From Schmidtea polychroa (lineage: Eukaryota): 64,000 nt of DNA. The DNA is taken from assembly GCA_044892525.1 (NCBI GenBank), contig CM097885.1, positions 45,758,001 through 45,822,000 of the forward strand. Reading direction: 5' to 3'. The notes below the pieces were generated by a model. It saw nothing but the letters and a program-made list of their open reading frames with translations. It made no database searches and was not told where the DNA came from. Position numbers and translations under genes: made by a program. Positions 31,864-47,799 of the stretch are shown piece after piece (the first letter of the stretch is position 1; every line of letters begins with the position of its first letter).

Positions 31864-32441
31864 GTTAATATAAATTTAAAATAACTGTAAAAAATGTAGT
31901 AAAATAATTTAATTTTTACAGCTACTTAAATGTTAAGTTTTCCTTAGTACTAATATAAAATCAGAAACTAAGTTTCATTTAAAATGAGCATATATATCAT
32001 TTTTTTCCATTTAATTCTTTGAGGTAATTATGGTTAGATTTTGTTTGTAATGGAAAAAGTCTAATATATAATTTCCTTTTTATTGATTAATTGTTGATGA
32101 ACGTCGATCTTGGTTGCAATGTCTTTGATTATTTATAAATTATCTTTTTTAATTGTTTAATTTCACAAATAAATCAATATTTACTTTATTTTTAATTAGT
32201 GAATATAATGCTTGCTGCAAATCTGCTTCATTATCCATTCACTAAGAGTCCCATAGTATCAAATGAACAATGCGGAAGTTTATGAGGTTGCAAATTCACC
32301 AATCGGGCAAAATTGATTAAACATTATTAATAATTAATTTAATTAATTTTTCTTTCAAATGTTGATTGGATAAAATTATAATTAATCGTTGATTTTATGT
32401 AAAAATATATCTTTAGAATTAGAGTCATGTTTATAAATTAG

Positions 32442-32530
<89 letters not shown>

Positions 32531-34138
32531 TTTGTGGAAAGTTCATCTATCTCTGTTTTTATACGGTCCCTAAATCAGAGTATTGCTGTATTTCATTTTT
32601 ATCAATGCAATTCAGAATAGATTTTGGCGTTAATCATTTAATGGATGCTTTGAAATTAGAAATTACTGGTACATACCAAAAGCTGTTGAAATACGCTTCC
32701 TATAATATAAGAAAAAATCAATAATCTAATATTATACAAACTCACTTTGATGTCACGCTGATGTTCTGATTGATAGTGCAGTGAGATGCGCTTTACACGA
32801 TCGAAATATATGCTGAAAATATTTTTAAATATATTTATGAAGAATCTGCGTTAAGTTTTCATAAAATGTCGAAATATCACCATAAAATTTATTTTTAATT
32901 TAAAATTATATTAAAATTTAATTAACATTAGAAATCTTACTTTTACTTATATATATATATATATTGATATTATAATAACTATAAATTGAAATGTTTAAGA
33001 AAATAATTTTCATAATCTTTTTAAATTATTATTTTTTATTAGTTTACAACATTGTAATTAACTAATATTATTAAAATATATTTTTTTATTTTCAATTTTT
33101 AAAACAAAGCATTATAAAAATTTGATTAATTTGGTTTAAATAATATTTTAGATGTTTTATATTGTAAAAATTATTAAAAACAAATTGTGTTTTTGGTATA
33201 TCTATTTTAGAAATTTCTATTTCTATTTTTTTATCACATTTATATCTGATACAATTATACGGAGACCAAATATTTTAGAGGTTGACATATTACATACTCT
33301 TTAGCTGCCTAAAATGCTTGGTTCCAAATTTTAATTTCTGTGGCAATCTTACAAATTAGATATGCTGGTAATTAAAAGAGGATTAATTAAGTGGATCCAT
33401 TAAAAATTTATATTTATTTGAAAAATATATATATTTACATTTGATTTAATAAAACAAAAATAGATAAATATGCAAGTTAAATTTAAAATTTATAATTTAT
33501 AAACGAGAAATGGATTTATTTCCAAAGATAAAAAAAATAATTATCTTAGAAATATCGATTTTAAAATCTCATAAATCATTGGCGCACAATTTCTATATAA
33601 AAATTTAATAAAATTTGATGTTTAAATTTTAGGTAGGCTTAAAAAATAAAGTTTAAAATTAATTACTTTTTCATTATCAATTATAATATTTTATTGAGAA
33701 ATCAGTCTGAAAATTGTAGATTTATTAATGACTCATGATTTAATTATTGAAATCACTTTTTTTAATATGAATTCTTATAAACAGTTTTCAGCTTGAAGAC
33801 TTTCAATATTTGTCAAAAATTCTTTACTGAATTTAAAAATATCAAAGAGAAGCAATAAAATACTATTTATATAAAAAAAAAATTAAATTTATGGAAACAA
33901 GTAAGAAAACGTCAATTGTGCCAATTTGCAGAACAATATTCATTAAATTTTAAAAAAATATTTTTGCTGATTTTTTGGTTGCGCAAAATATTTAAAATAA
34001 ATTGTATTTTATAATATTTATAAAATATATTTTTCAATACGCAATTAAAATATTTTTAAAAAATGTTTCTATTTTGATTTTATTCCTAATGATCTTTTAA
34101 AAGTACATTTGATCTATGTTTCTATATTATTTTAAATT

Positions 34139-35250
34139 TTAAATTATTATTTTTAAATTTTTTAATTTAATTTTTTTAAAAGTTATTCTCAAGGTCAGTA
34201 ACAACAAATCAAACAAATCATTGATCTCTTCTTTAGTGTCGATTGTTGACCGTCTGTTTATGATGAGAATTGCTTCTTTAAATCTGACATTTTTTTGGAT
34301 TTCAGATTTCAATTGAAATATTTTTTTCCTTACTTGGTTGACATTGTTGGAGATGCCTGTATACCGAGGATTTTCCACCACGATCTAGATGTTCTTTAAC
34401 TCTTTTATTCATGATCCTGAGCGTACTGCCAATGTATATTTCTTTGCATACATTGCACATGATGCAATAGTTATTGTTTTTTCTAAAGCACATATCTTTC
34501 GGTGTCTGGGAGTTTTCCACTGTGGAATTGTTTTCTTTATTTGTGTTGCTAGCCAGAGCTTTGAATGTTTGAAATATTTCCCCGCTTCTTTTCTAGTTTT
34601 CGTCATGATAAAGATATCATCTACATATCTTGCGTAGAAACCGATATATTGTATGTTCCTCAGTGTTTGTCGTTCGGGGATATCCATAAACATGATTGCT
34701 AACAATCCTGATAGGTAGACCTTTTTATAGACGTTTTGTTCAAAGGTAAAATAGGTGTTTTCGAGGATAACAAAAAGAAGTTTAATGATATTCTCCGTAT
34801 TCATTTCCTTTATTAACAAGTTGCATGCTCTTAATTTCTTTTTTAAATATTTAATACAATATTTTGGTTCAATGGATGTGTATAGTGATACGACATCAAG
34901 ACTGAAGGAATATTTGAATTCTCTATGATTAGTTCTGTTTTTATTTAATCTTGCCATAAGGTAGCCGCTGATTTGAAGATGGTATGGTACAGTGTCCTGT
35001 CATGGTTTTAAGATTTTTGAAAGGATCTAACTTGTTTTACTTGTTGGTCCATTTGTACTGGATACAATAGGTATAATTTTGATAGCAGGATCCTCTTTAT
35101 AAGTTTTTCTTAAGTGATAGAAGTTCGGAAGATCAGAAATATTTGTAACGAAGCTTTTGGTTAATCTGTTATTGATACCCATTTCCACAGTTCTGGCTTC
35201 CCATACTTTATTGATTTTCATTTCGATGGTGTTTGATAATATCCGGCTAA
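34139..35250 (-). mobile_element. Decayed Penelope-like element (family A): RT and GIY-YIG fragments with an internal deletion
   Basis: LPNFYHLRKTYK...PIVSSTNGPT, SLDVVSLYTSI, YARYVDDIF (Penelope RT motifs), then CNVCKEIYIGSTLR, similar to 4498-5052. Frameshifts present. Confidence 0.85.
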
Positions 35251-35254
35251 TTTT

Positions 35255-35936
35255 TTATTTATCTTTAAAATCTTCAAGTGTAATTCCACAATTCATGTTT
35301 TTATCCAAATATCCAAGATTTCTCACTATACTTTGCATATATGTCGTAGTATAATCATTGGTGTCAAAGTTTTGAGTATATGTTTCTCGATAGTCATTAT
35401 TTTTGGCGAAAGTTAATGATGTAATATTCAAATGTTTAAAGACCGAGCTGAATTTCTTATATGTTCCCTTAAATTGAGATTCAGTTTGAAATGTCACTAA
35501 AACGAAATTTGGTAATCTTTTATAAATAAATATTTGTTCCTTGTAAAATGACGATGAACCTTTACTGATTGTAAAGTCAACAGTTTCTTTACTTCTAATT
35601 TGATATGTAGCATTTTTAGAATTTAAAACTATTTGATGTCCTGCTAAAACTGAACTCGAACTCTGCGAATCATTAATTTTGTTTCCAATACCTTTATCTT
35701 TGGTTCATTTGTTAGAAAGTGTATACTTAATGATGATATGTTTTTTTCAAGTGTGTCATTAACATTAACTACATCAAGTAAATATTTTGGTTGATCCATA
35801 AAATCTATGTGCAATGATTGGCATGTGGAAACTAATATAGAACTCGCAATTAATGCTGTTCTTTCTTTATCAGATGGCTCTTATGATTTTATTATTTCAA
35901 TTATAATTTAAAACATTTTCGATTAAAGATTTCTAA

Positions 35937-35988
<52 letters not shown>

Positions 35989-36139
35989 TCAGTATGAGAA
36001 CCAGTAATCTTGAATTTAATGTCGCTTTTATTATCAACAATTGAATTAAATTGAACACGTCTTCAAATGTCGCATATTCTATTACCACTTGAAGATTTGG
36101 TCGATCAAAAATACATAATTCAGTTTTCCCACAAATCAT
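35255..36139 (-). pseudogene. Polinton major capsid protein relic
   Basis: N-terminus MICGKTELCIFDRPNLQVVIE; C-terminal part RLPNFVLVTFQTESQF.GTYKK...YTQNFDTNDY...CGITLEDFK. Interrupted by (TA)n and deletions. Confidence 0.65.
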
Positions 36140-36464
36140 TTTTCGAATATAGTTCCACCTTTGGTCATTCGTTTGTTTATATACATTCGATGTTTTCTTC
36201 CCTTTGGTCGTGGTGCACTCTTCAGATTCTGATGATTCATTTGATCTGATTACATTTGGTAATGAGGAAATTACATCTGGTAATGCCTCTTTAAATTCAG
36301 ATATATGATTGGATTGTAAAGATGGTAAAGTTTATGCATTATTCAATATTACATCTTTTGCAGTTTCATACCAAAATGTCCTATACATTTAAGAATAGGA
36401 AGACCAAACCGACCAATAATTTTTAACCATCCAGATCCGTATTGTTTACCAACAAAATAAGGTT

Positions 36465-37400
36465 TTCTAAAATGTAAAGTTACGTGTGTTTTTGAATCGT
36501 TAGGAAACCAGATTAAATTTCCGCTATCATTGCGATTATTAATTTCAATATTGTTTATACATATTCTCCCAGCTGGTAAATGCGTGGGAATTGATATTTG
36601 TATTTGTACAACTCCAACTTGCTTATATTTCTTAATCCACGCAGCATTCAGAAGAGGGACAAGTGAATCACTAACATTTATTGAATTAATAATATCGGTA
36701 TAGATGAACATTTGTTGATGGTGATTAAATATTTTTCCTTTACGAATCCCACCAAATATTTTGTCATTATATATTTATTTTGGTATACCAAATGTGTTGA
36801 CCAAGTTTTTACCGAATATAACTTCTTTTATGTTGTCATCCAGACTGAATTTGAAGGCATTTTCATTCAGTTCAACAGATTTGAAAATATGGGTGAAATT
36901 ACTTGGTAAATAGTTGGTTAAATCTTCAAGCTTCTTTATGTATAAATCATCAGTAAATGTGAAAACTGAATCTTGTAAACATTTGTACGTTAACTTCATT
37001 CTAATTACATTATTCATAATGCCATCAACATACGGTGGAACTACAATTTAAATTTATCAGTGTGATTTATAATTATTTGTTCAGGAACTTCTAATCGTTT
37101 TATACTTGCCACATCTTCAAATGTTATCTCGAATGGATACAAATATTTAAAACTTCATTGGTAATATACATGTAACAATCATTATTTAATTCTTTTATTG
37201 GCATTTCATCATCTTCGGGTTCAATAACATAAAAATTGTAAACTGATTTTGGTGCAATTTCTTTATATTCAATCCTAGAATTTTTTTAAAATGGAAATGT
37301 GTTGTACAAAAATGTGTAATCAAGCAAAGCGACTTTCCACATGTCATCCAGGTAAATGTGATTTCGTAACTCAACGATAAATTTACTATCGTCATTATTC
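36465..37400 (-). pseudogene. Polinton minor capsid (penton) relic
   Basis: MFIYTDII.....DSLVPLL...INNIEI..RNDSG.LI.F....THVTLHFRK. Confidence 0.7.
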
Positions 37401-38240
37401 GAATAAATTAATGGATAACTATTGGTTGGTTAGAAAGTGAAAAAACTATTTCATTTCATTCAATTTGAGAAGCTGATATCCAAGTTGGGTTTTGATATCC
37501 ATGCTACTTGACGTAGTATTGTTTATCCCTAACTTTAAATTTTGATTTAAGAATCTTTTCAATTCTAAAGATAGACGGTGTCGGAATAACTTGCAGCTCA
37601 TGTTTGTAAAATTTACCATGGATTTCATTATTATCAATATCTGATTGTAACTATGATTGTAACTATGAATTATTTTCACTAAAACATTTATCTAAGTTTT
37701 GTTACATTGATGTACAAAATACTTTTTCAAACGATCCCTTAATATTTTATTAAACCTTTCCACTTGATTAGCTTTGAATTGAGAAAATACAGATTTAACA
37801 AATGATTTATTCCCTTTAGATTTTCTTTAACTTTACTATTATAAAATTCTTTACCCAAATCAGTTAGTAAATTATCTGGTTTACCATTTTTAAACATTTT
37901 TTTATTGCAACAGCAATTTTATTAGCATATTTATTTTTCAAGGGCATAGCTCGAGCAAATCTACCAAGAACATCAATACATATTAAAATATATTGGTAAA
38001 CCTTGTTAATTTTAGAAAATTGAATAATTGACATTAAATCCATTTGCCACAAATCATTGATACCATATGTTTTATATGTTTTTGTGGGAAACCGTTTCAA
38101 CATTGGTTTGCTTAAACTGTATTCCAGTTCAATCGACAACCATCTTTTTCGATTTTGGTACTTTTTTCTTTAACCTTTCTACTCAACCGAAACCTGCCAG
38201 GACTTTCAGGTTTGTCCATATTTTCTTTGTCCATATTACC
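37400..38240 (-). pseudogene. Polinton retroviral-type integrase relic
   Basis: GINDLWQMDL...YQYILICIDVLGRFARAMPLKNK, with downstream ERFNK and HGKFYKHELQ pieces in shifted frames. Confidence 0.8.
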
Positions 38241-39064
38241 TTTAAAATATGCTCAGTTTCCAAATTTGAGATCAATCTCGAGCTCCGGAAATTTAGTCAA
38301 CTTTTTCTATCAGAATATTAATTCTGTAATGACTATCAGCAAGCCATGAATCAAACACCTTTGTTGCAGAAATCTATCATGTTCATATTTGCTGCTCCAT
38401 CGGTAGTTATAAATTTCGATCAGATTTTGAACAATGTTTCACTCAATGTTCTAATTAAGGAAAGACCTTCAGTGTCTTCAAGTCTAATGAGCACATTTTT
38501 TTTTGAATATATCATTTACAATTATACAAGCATTTATATTAGTTGTCCAATCATTATATTATTCATTATATTATACATTATTTAAATCTGCAATTTTTTT
38601 ACACTCTTTATTTCTTTGGTTATATTCCTTCGGAGAACTTTAGCCACATTATTTACTTCAAACAAAATAAAGTGTTTTGAAATTTCTTCGTTGTAGTCTT
38701 TCTAAATAAAATTTTAATTACTGTACTCTGAGCTTCACATTATGATTGAAATGTCAAAAAACTAAACTAACTATGGTAAAGCTTATGTTGTTTTAATCTC
38801 TTATATCTTGTTCAAAAGTTGTGATTTTTAGTTGAGCACGATTTCTTAAAGAATTGATTGGTTTGTGATCTTTTTTCTTTAGTCCATGATAATTTTGAAG
38901 ATGGTTCCGTTTGTAAAGTGATCTTTGCTAAAAAAAGAAGACTAACTTCTAAACTTTTACTACTAAACCTTTCCCTTTCATTAAACTAAGCAAAGATTTT
39001 GCCATATTTATTTATATTCTGTAATGAACTATGTTTTCACATTATTCTTGAGTGAATAGCGGAT

Positions 39065-39548
39065 CTTTAAAACAATAAAGTGATAATTTGAGCCTTTTGC
39101 TGCGAATAATGTATTTAATGAAAAAATTTCGACTATATTTCTTTTATTTCCTTTTTCATAATTCTCATTGGTTATAAATATAATATAATATAATGATATA
39201 CTTTCTGAATATTTAATGTGTTAATATCAATTCTGAATATTTTAAAAATTTTATTTAAAATTAAAATTAAAATTAAATAAATATCATTTAAAATTCAAAA
39301 TGACACAAATTAAAGTTTTTCTAAATTTTTTTAAAGCTTCTATAATTAGCTTCTAGAAGCCTAAATGAAAATAAAAGAAAGATACAAATATATTTTCAGG
39401 AAGGAGATTGCTAAATTCCAGGAGATTGACAAGGACTATCTTATTATGGAACATTTTTTCATTAAATACATTATTCGTTGCAAAAGGCTTAAATTATCAC
39501 TTTATAGTTTTAAATAATAAATGCTGCTAACAAGAAATCATCACTTAA
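39065..39548. repeat. Inverted pair of family A Penelope pLTR remnants
   Basis: gataatttgagccttttgctgcgaataatg (about 39083) and the reverse-oriented copy at about 39405-39548. Confidence 0.6.
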
Positions 39549-39952
39549 TAGCGGATCTTGTGAAAATATATCAAATTATATTAGAAATGTGTAATACCTT
39601 ATACCAGATTCATTTTATTTGAAAGCTGATTTTTTTATTCTATTTTTTTCAGTCAATCTTTTGTTTTAAAATAAAAAATTTAAATTAGTTGATCATATAT
39701 TATAAGTATATATTTTAAACAAGAATTTTGTTTTATAAATTTTTTAATAATTATAATTTTTTTCATTTAGTAAATATGATATAATGTTAAGTCTATCATA
39801 ACATTTTAATTTCATAAAAATTTAAAATAAAAATCACAATCAAGCAGCTCTAATTTTTTTCTTTCATCAAAACCTCTGATTTCGGGTTTTTCTATTATTG
39901 GAAATATAGAAAACATTGAGACCCGAAATTTATCGCCGAGATCTTGGATTGG

Positions 39953-41236
<1,284 letters not shown>

Positions 41237-41611
41237 TTATTTCAGTTTTTATTATTAAATAGCGCTTTCCTATGCTTCAGAAAAGGTCGATTAACAAATA
41301 AAACAAATCAGTTACCATGAAAGATTTTGCCAATTTTGTATACTTGAAACCAATTTCTATCCATTTCCCTTCGTTGATTGAAACACTTGAAGACAAATAA
41401 TTTAATTACTCCCTGGATTTACTGGTTTTTTGAAGTGATTTCTTTGGCTGAGACTCTTTTATACATCATTAATAACTAAACTACGTATTTGGCTTTTATC
41501 CTAATTAACTAAAATAAATACCAAAATAGTTTTTACATTTAATGCGAGTTTAGATTAAATTAATATTTCATGTTTTATGATTTCTGCATTTTTGTAATTA
41601 TTATTATTAAT

Positions 41612-42020
41612 ATTAAAGTGATGATTTCTTGGTAGCAGCATTTATTATTTAAAACAATAGTGATAATTTAAGCTTTTTGCTGCGAATAATGTATTTAATG
41701 AAAAGGTTTTCGACTATAACAAAGTCCTTGTCAATCTCCTGTAATTTATCAATATTCTTCCCAAATATACATCTCGATCTTTCTTTTATTTCCTTTTTTT
41801 ACTTCTCATTGGTTAAAAATAACATATAATGATATACTTTCGTTTTCTGAATATTTTAAAAAATTTTATTTAAAATTAAAATTAAATATTCTTTAAAATT
41901 CAAAATGACCAACCAACCAACCAACATTTTTAAACTTTTAAATCTTCTATAATTAGCCCCTAGAAGCCTATTTTAACAAAATATTTTAAAATACTTATAA
42001 AATATTTATAATATATTTTC
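41612..42020 (-). mobile_element. Family A Penelope pLTR copy
   Basis: Similar to 3961-4340, including the hammerhead region. Confidence 0.75.
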
Positions 42021-42024
42021 AAGG

Positions 42025-42059
42025 TTAGGGTTAGGGTTAGGGTTAGGTTTAGGGTTAAG

Positions 42060-42060
<1 letters not shown>
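42025..42060 (+). repeat. Short interstitial telomeric repeat (TTAGGG)~6
   Basis: ttaggg ttaggg ttaggg ttaggt ttaggg ttaagg, running directly into (TTA)n. Confidence 0.75.
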
Positions 42061-42139
<79 letters not shown>

Positions 42140-42252
42140 CATTATTATTATTATTATTAAAGTTATAAATTTTACTCAGTCAATTTTCATAAATCCATCC
42201 AATAATGAGACATGGATTAAATGTGTCAATTAAAAATGAAAAATTCAAAATC

Positions 42253-42350
<98 letters not shown>

Positions 42351-44011
42351 TTTATAGAGAAATTTAAATTGTTTGTTGACTATCATTGTAATAATAAAAA
42401 AATAAGCATGATACTAAATGTTTATCACTATAATTCAATTGAGAATTAAAAATTGGAGTATTCAATAATAAATTTTGTATTTAGTTACATTCTTTCCATT
42501 TTCCTTAATTAATATCCTAACAATTTCTAACCTATTTTATTTATCCTTAAGTTAAAAATTCTTTTCAAAACAATTTTCAACACTCAATTCATCAATTATC
42601 TTCAAAAATATTTAGAGATTAAAGTTAAAAGAATTGTCTATGTAGAACGGATTCTTCTTTCAATGTTTTGTTTGTTTATTGGGTAAAATTGGAATATAAT
42701 TTATTCAAATTATTAAAATTTGCAAAGTTTTATTTACAAAAATTACAATTTAATTTTCATGGACGAATAGATTTAAAGGAATAGGAACATCCCAAATTGA
42801 GCAACTCAACCCTCGGGAATCTTTTATAACATCAAGCAGGATATTATAATGGTTGTAGGTGTAGGTTACTTGAAACAGTTTATGGCTCTCAACTATTGAA
42901 AAATCAAGAACTTAATGTAGATGTCATTAAATATGTTGACTTCTTATTAAAAACATTATTCTTAATAAATTCCAACGAAGCACATTTATTTTATTAATCT
43001 GTTAAACATCACCATCTTCATGTGAGATTTCTTTTAATTGCATCCCCAAAAGTAAACTTAAATTGTAATTTTGGTATTAATTTATTTAGTAAATGAATTT
43101 ATTCAATTTTAAATAATAATTTAATTTAATAATTTAAAAATGTTTTTATTAATTATTTAATTTAACAAACAACTATCTATATAAAGTTTATATTATAAAC
43201 AATACACAAAAAAAATTATTTAAAAATTATTTCAAACACAAGTCAAATAATTCAATTAAATATTCAATTAAATGACACAATTATTAAATTAAATTGTAAA
43301 TGCAAAAACAATTTTTTAAATAATAAATTCATTTATTTAAATCATAAGTTTTAGTTAAAAAGTTGTTGTTTTAAACAAATTGATATTTTATTTATTAAAA
43401 AGCTTGACTATGATGAATCAGTGAATATATCGATATATTTTTGATATATTTACTGATTCATAGTCAAGTTTTTTAATAAATACAATGTCAATTGAAAAGA
43501 AATTAGTGGTGAAAATTGAAAAAAGTTCTTATTAATTGATATATTATTTTATAAATTATATGCTAAGTTACAATAGCACATGGTGAGAGTGAAATTAAGT
43601 TTTTTATGACTCTGGAACATAAAATCCTAGTTGTGTAAATAAATGTAAATTACTTAAAGAGTCTTTAGCAGGTGTGCAACCTCAAACATATTTTTTATTT
43701 CTGGCAATCATACGTAAACGTCACTTGTCAAAACAAAATAAATGTATAAAATATATGTATTATTTCAGAAACAAATTCACGTGCCGTAACTAGCTACAAA
43801 ATTATCTAAAATTATAAAATGTTTATATTGATATCATTTGTAAAATATAATAATTTGACAATAATAATTTAATAATACATATTTTATGAGGCGTTTAGTA
43901 CGTAAAAACATTAAGTGATATTTCATTTGTTTGATTGGTTATAAATCACGCGAAAATATAAATCTACATATTTATTAAGATAATAATTTTTGAATATATA
44001 TTTATATTTAG

Positions 44012-44831
44012 ATATGAAGAAGAAATTATTTCATCGTCTGATCATAATTAATGGAAATGGTTTATCAGGTTGGAGTTGGAGTCAGTTTCCTCATTTGTAT
44101 ATGAATGCGCTTGGCAAGCATATGAATGTTTCCACAAAATCACTCTTTCGACAATTAAAACGCGAACCCATTAAAAACATTTTAAAATCATCTGAACTTA
44201 CTCCGAAACTGAAATTTTCTTCAAGAATTGGTCCGACAATCAGCAATCAACTTTTTACGTACGCTTCAGAATTTTCCAGAAATCTCGTGCCAAGTAATAA
44301 AGATTTTTACCGAGAACTCGATGTTCTGGTGGGTCTGAACGGTGATAATGCAGGATTCTTTTTCAATGCTCCTCTACATTTGAAAAATAGCGATTTCACC
44401 GAATTAAAATTTCAGAGTAATCTTAAAGAATTCATTAAAGAAAATTATGTCTATAATCAACAGTCGATTTATGAAATACTTTATCACATCTATACCGATT
44501 GGCAGAAAATGGATCCTTTATTCGAACATGAAAGAGAGGAATCTCGAATTTCTATGTTTAACAAAATGATAAATGATGCTTTCTTCATCATTCCAGCTTT
44601 ACAATTTTGTAATATTCATAGCTCGACAAAATCACGATCAGACAATAAAGGGAAAACATATTTATATATGTTTTCAAAACAAATTTCGTATAAAAGAGAT
44701 AATTCCGTATATGATGCTCAATTCTCAGACGACTTGATGATGTTTCTTGGGACTCCAAATCACAGAAAATACTCTCATATGGAATTGTCAAAGTCAATGA
44801 TGAAATATGTTTCAAACTTTGTAAAGTTTGG
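44012..44831 (+). CDS. Neuroligin-like gene, internal exon 3 (large)
   Basis: tttag|AT acceptor (phase 1). Encodes KLFHRLIIINGNGLSGW...YTDW...NDAFFIIP...TYLYMF...DDLMMFLGTP...LSKSMMKYVSNFVKFG, the C-terminal half of the carboxylesterase fold. GG|gtatgt donor. Confidence 0.9.
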
Positions 44832-46484
44832 GTATGTATTTACAAACATTTAGTTACAACAATAATATTTAAAATTTTATTTATCGCAAAATTAGTTCCG
44901 GTTCTTTTCATTTCAAAAGTTAAATACGTTAAAAACGACGTTTTGGACAGTAACAACCCTACAAGATTGTTAGATATATAAACTCATTTATAAATGCAAA
45001 TGATGGTATTCGTAACATTGGATAAAAAAATAATAAAAGTATTTATATAGTTTGGGCCTAAACAAAAGTTGGTTAAATAACAATTATTGGTTTTCATTTA
45101 ATCTCGGACTTCACATGTTCAAAATAATTAAAATAAAAACTTCCAATAACATATTAGTTTATTATTGATATCATAATTTCACAAAATCTGATTATAATGA
45201 ATTTCAGAAGCACCACATACTGATAAACCGCAAATGATATCTGCGTTTGTTACAATTTAAAGGGTATAGTTTGATAACATGGCTAGTTACTTAGGAAAAC
45301 TTCAGTATAATAACATACTTTGCTTTCTATTCATGATTTTTTTTAAACTGCAAGATCTCGTTTAATTTCATTGAATTAATTTATTATTTATTCACTTTAT
45401 TAATTATTCAATATTTCAGTCATAACCTTTATACACACTATTTGTCGTTGCGATTTCTTGATTGCATTGTCAATTTTTTACATTTGACATTTCCTTTTAT
45501 AGTCTCGTTTATTATTTTAGATTGAACACTGTGGCAATAACATCGCCTTTTTATACGCCGTCCGTAAAGGTATATACAATAAAGTTGTTTTGTCATCACT
45601 CTTTCATAATTCTTATCATAGATATTCGAAATTATATCAACTTTTAAACTTAATATATTTCGCAAAACATATACACTTGATAAAGTCTGCGCCGAAATAT
45701 CGCATACCTTATATATTGTTTTGATTTATAGACGTACAAACTTTAATATGAAAATTATTGAATATATGTTTTTGTTCTTATTTGTAAATTTGCAATAATA
45801 ATTTCTGCTAATTTTTCAATCTTTTATATTTAATTATTTTTATTTATTTCTTCTTGATTCTATTTTTCCAACTTTTCAACAATGTAATAAATAATAATGT
45901 TTCTTTTTCGCTCCATGTGTTTCGTCAATTATTTAAATTAGTTTGATAGTTATTTAATTATTTAAATTCAAACTGTTTTTTACTACAATATTTATACAAT
46001 TAATTTTCAATAATTATTAATTGCCAGTCATTTTTAAAAATACTTCATTCAACTTCATTTGAGGAAATTCTCGTCGACCTTAAAGTAAAATACAAATGGT
46101 TTACAGAACTTTAAACTGTAAGTTATATTTTTAAAGATAAGTTGTGATGAATGGGAAACCGAAGTCAAAATAAATTGAAGACAAAATTATATCTATTATC
46201 ACAACATTATTTAGAAAGAGCGAAGTAGATTTGAGAATGTCACTTGTTGTCGCTTATAAAAAATACGCCGTGGCTAGCTCATACTCAGTCGCGATTCGTT
46301 TGGTCGGTAATGTGTTAATATCAATTGCCATTAACTTCATGTTAGGCTATAAATAAATAAGAATATTAATCTATATTATGAAATTAAAATAATTAAAATT
46401 GATAAAGATACTAATAAATCAATGGTGAAAATTATAAAGATTTTATAAATATCAAAATTTATGATTATTATTACTATATTATAG

Positions 46485-46574
46485 TTTAAAACAATAAAAT
46501 GATAATTTAAGCCTTTTGCTGCAAATAATGTATTTAATGAAAGAATTTTCGACTATACGATAGTCCTTGTCAAT
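46485..46574 (-). repeat. 90-bp family A pLTR fragment containing the hammerhead core
   Basis: Identical by eye to about 3994-4083. Confidence 0.75.
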
Positions 46575-47724
46575 AGATTATAATCATAGACGTAAGATAT
46601 AATTTATTAATAAGACAATTAAATAAAAATGTCATATTTAAGTAAAAGTTGCAACTAGTATATGTGTTTTTCATAATATTTTTTTTTGACAGGTTATTTG
46701 TAAAATCAAGTCAATTAAAAATAAAATCTCCAATAAATATAAATACCCAAATAACTAATTAATTAAAATTTTTAATACTTGAGGATTTTTTCCCAAACGT
46801 TTATAAAGTTTTTTGATAAAATATTAAAATTATGCATACACAGTGGCGTCTTATGAAATTTGGAGCCCCTGTTCTAAGAATTATAAGAAACCTTAAAAAA
46901 TGTTTTCAATTTTTTTATTTACAAATACTCCATTTAAAAAACAAAAATTATTTATACAAAAATAAAAACTTTATTCATTTTAAAAGAAAACTTTAATTCA
47001 GTAACAAATAATATGGGAAAAGGAATTTTAAAAAATTGAAAATTTTAATTTGTTTATACATATTAATTTATACAAAAATATTTATTTATATTCTTGGACA
47101 CCGCACCCACATTTTGTTGACTAAGGAAACATAGCAGAAAATATATAAGAAAGGTCTGAGCATATCTATTTTCATTTTACACTTTATTATACTCACAATT
47201 GATATTCATTTCATTTAGTCTATAATATACTTAGTTCGAGTTCACAGATTTCGGGATAATAATAAAATCTTTATTTTTTATCGAAAGTTTTAGCAGATAA
47301 TAAAAGTCTTACAGAAATTAGAAACTCAAATTATGTATCTCTTTGGTATATGTTGTTATTATTATTGGTCAATCCTAAGTTTAATTATGTATCACTTCTG
47401 TGTGTGCATTGAGTATTGATTGTATTTTTTCTGTTAGGTTGCGCACACAGACGCGAGGCAAGTTAATTTTGGTTTTTATGTTTTAGAATTAATTGATTTA
47501 TTTTTTGGACATTTAGGGAAGTCTTGTTTAAAAAGGTTTTTTGTCGCGAATTTTTGAATAGAATAAAGATTTTTAAAAACTTTCGTTTTCATTAAAAAAT
47601 GGATATGAATCCATAAGTGTTGACAAAGATAGTAGCTCATTTTAAATCTATCGCATCCAGCAATGCAATCACAATAACTGATCGAGAAGTTCTTTTCAAA
47701 ATGTCCAAAGCTGACTGAAGATCC

Positions 47725-47799
47725 ATGACTCAAATTATGTTGGAGACTTTTAATGTACCAATGACTGATTCTATATCTCACACTATGGCAATTTATGAA
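47725..47799 (+). pseudogene. ACT: Actin gene fragment
   Basis: MTQIMLETFNVP vs actin MTQIMFETFNVP, then DSISHTMAIYE vs DGVSHTVPIYE, with the intervening codons deleted. Confidence 0.7.

Larger units (their letters stand above)
35255..38560 (-). mobile_element. Decayed Polinton/Maverick relic (lineage different from the 53-64 kb element)
   Basis: Collinear broken integrase, minor capsid, GSG-type core protein and major capsid fragments; many stops and frameshifts. Right boundary approximate. Confidence 0.8.

Noticed and set aside
46841..46875. hAT-like terminus cagtggcgtc…ggagcccct
   Set aside because: No matching second TIR or TSD found.
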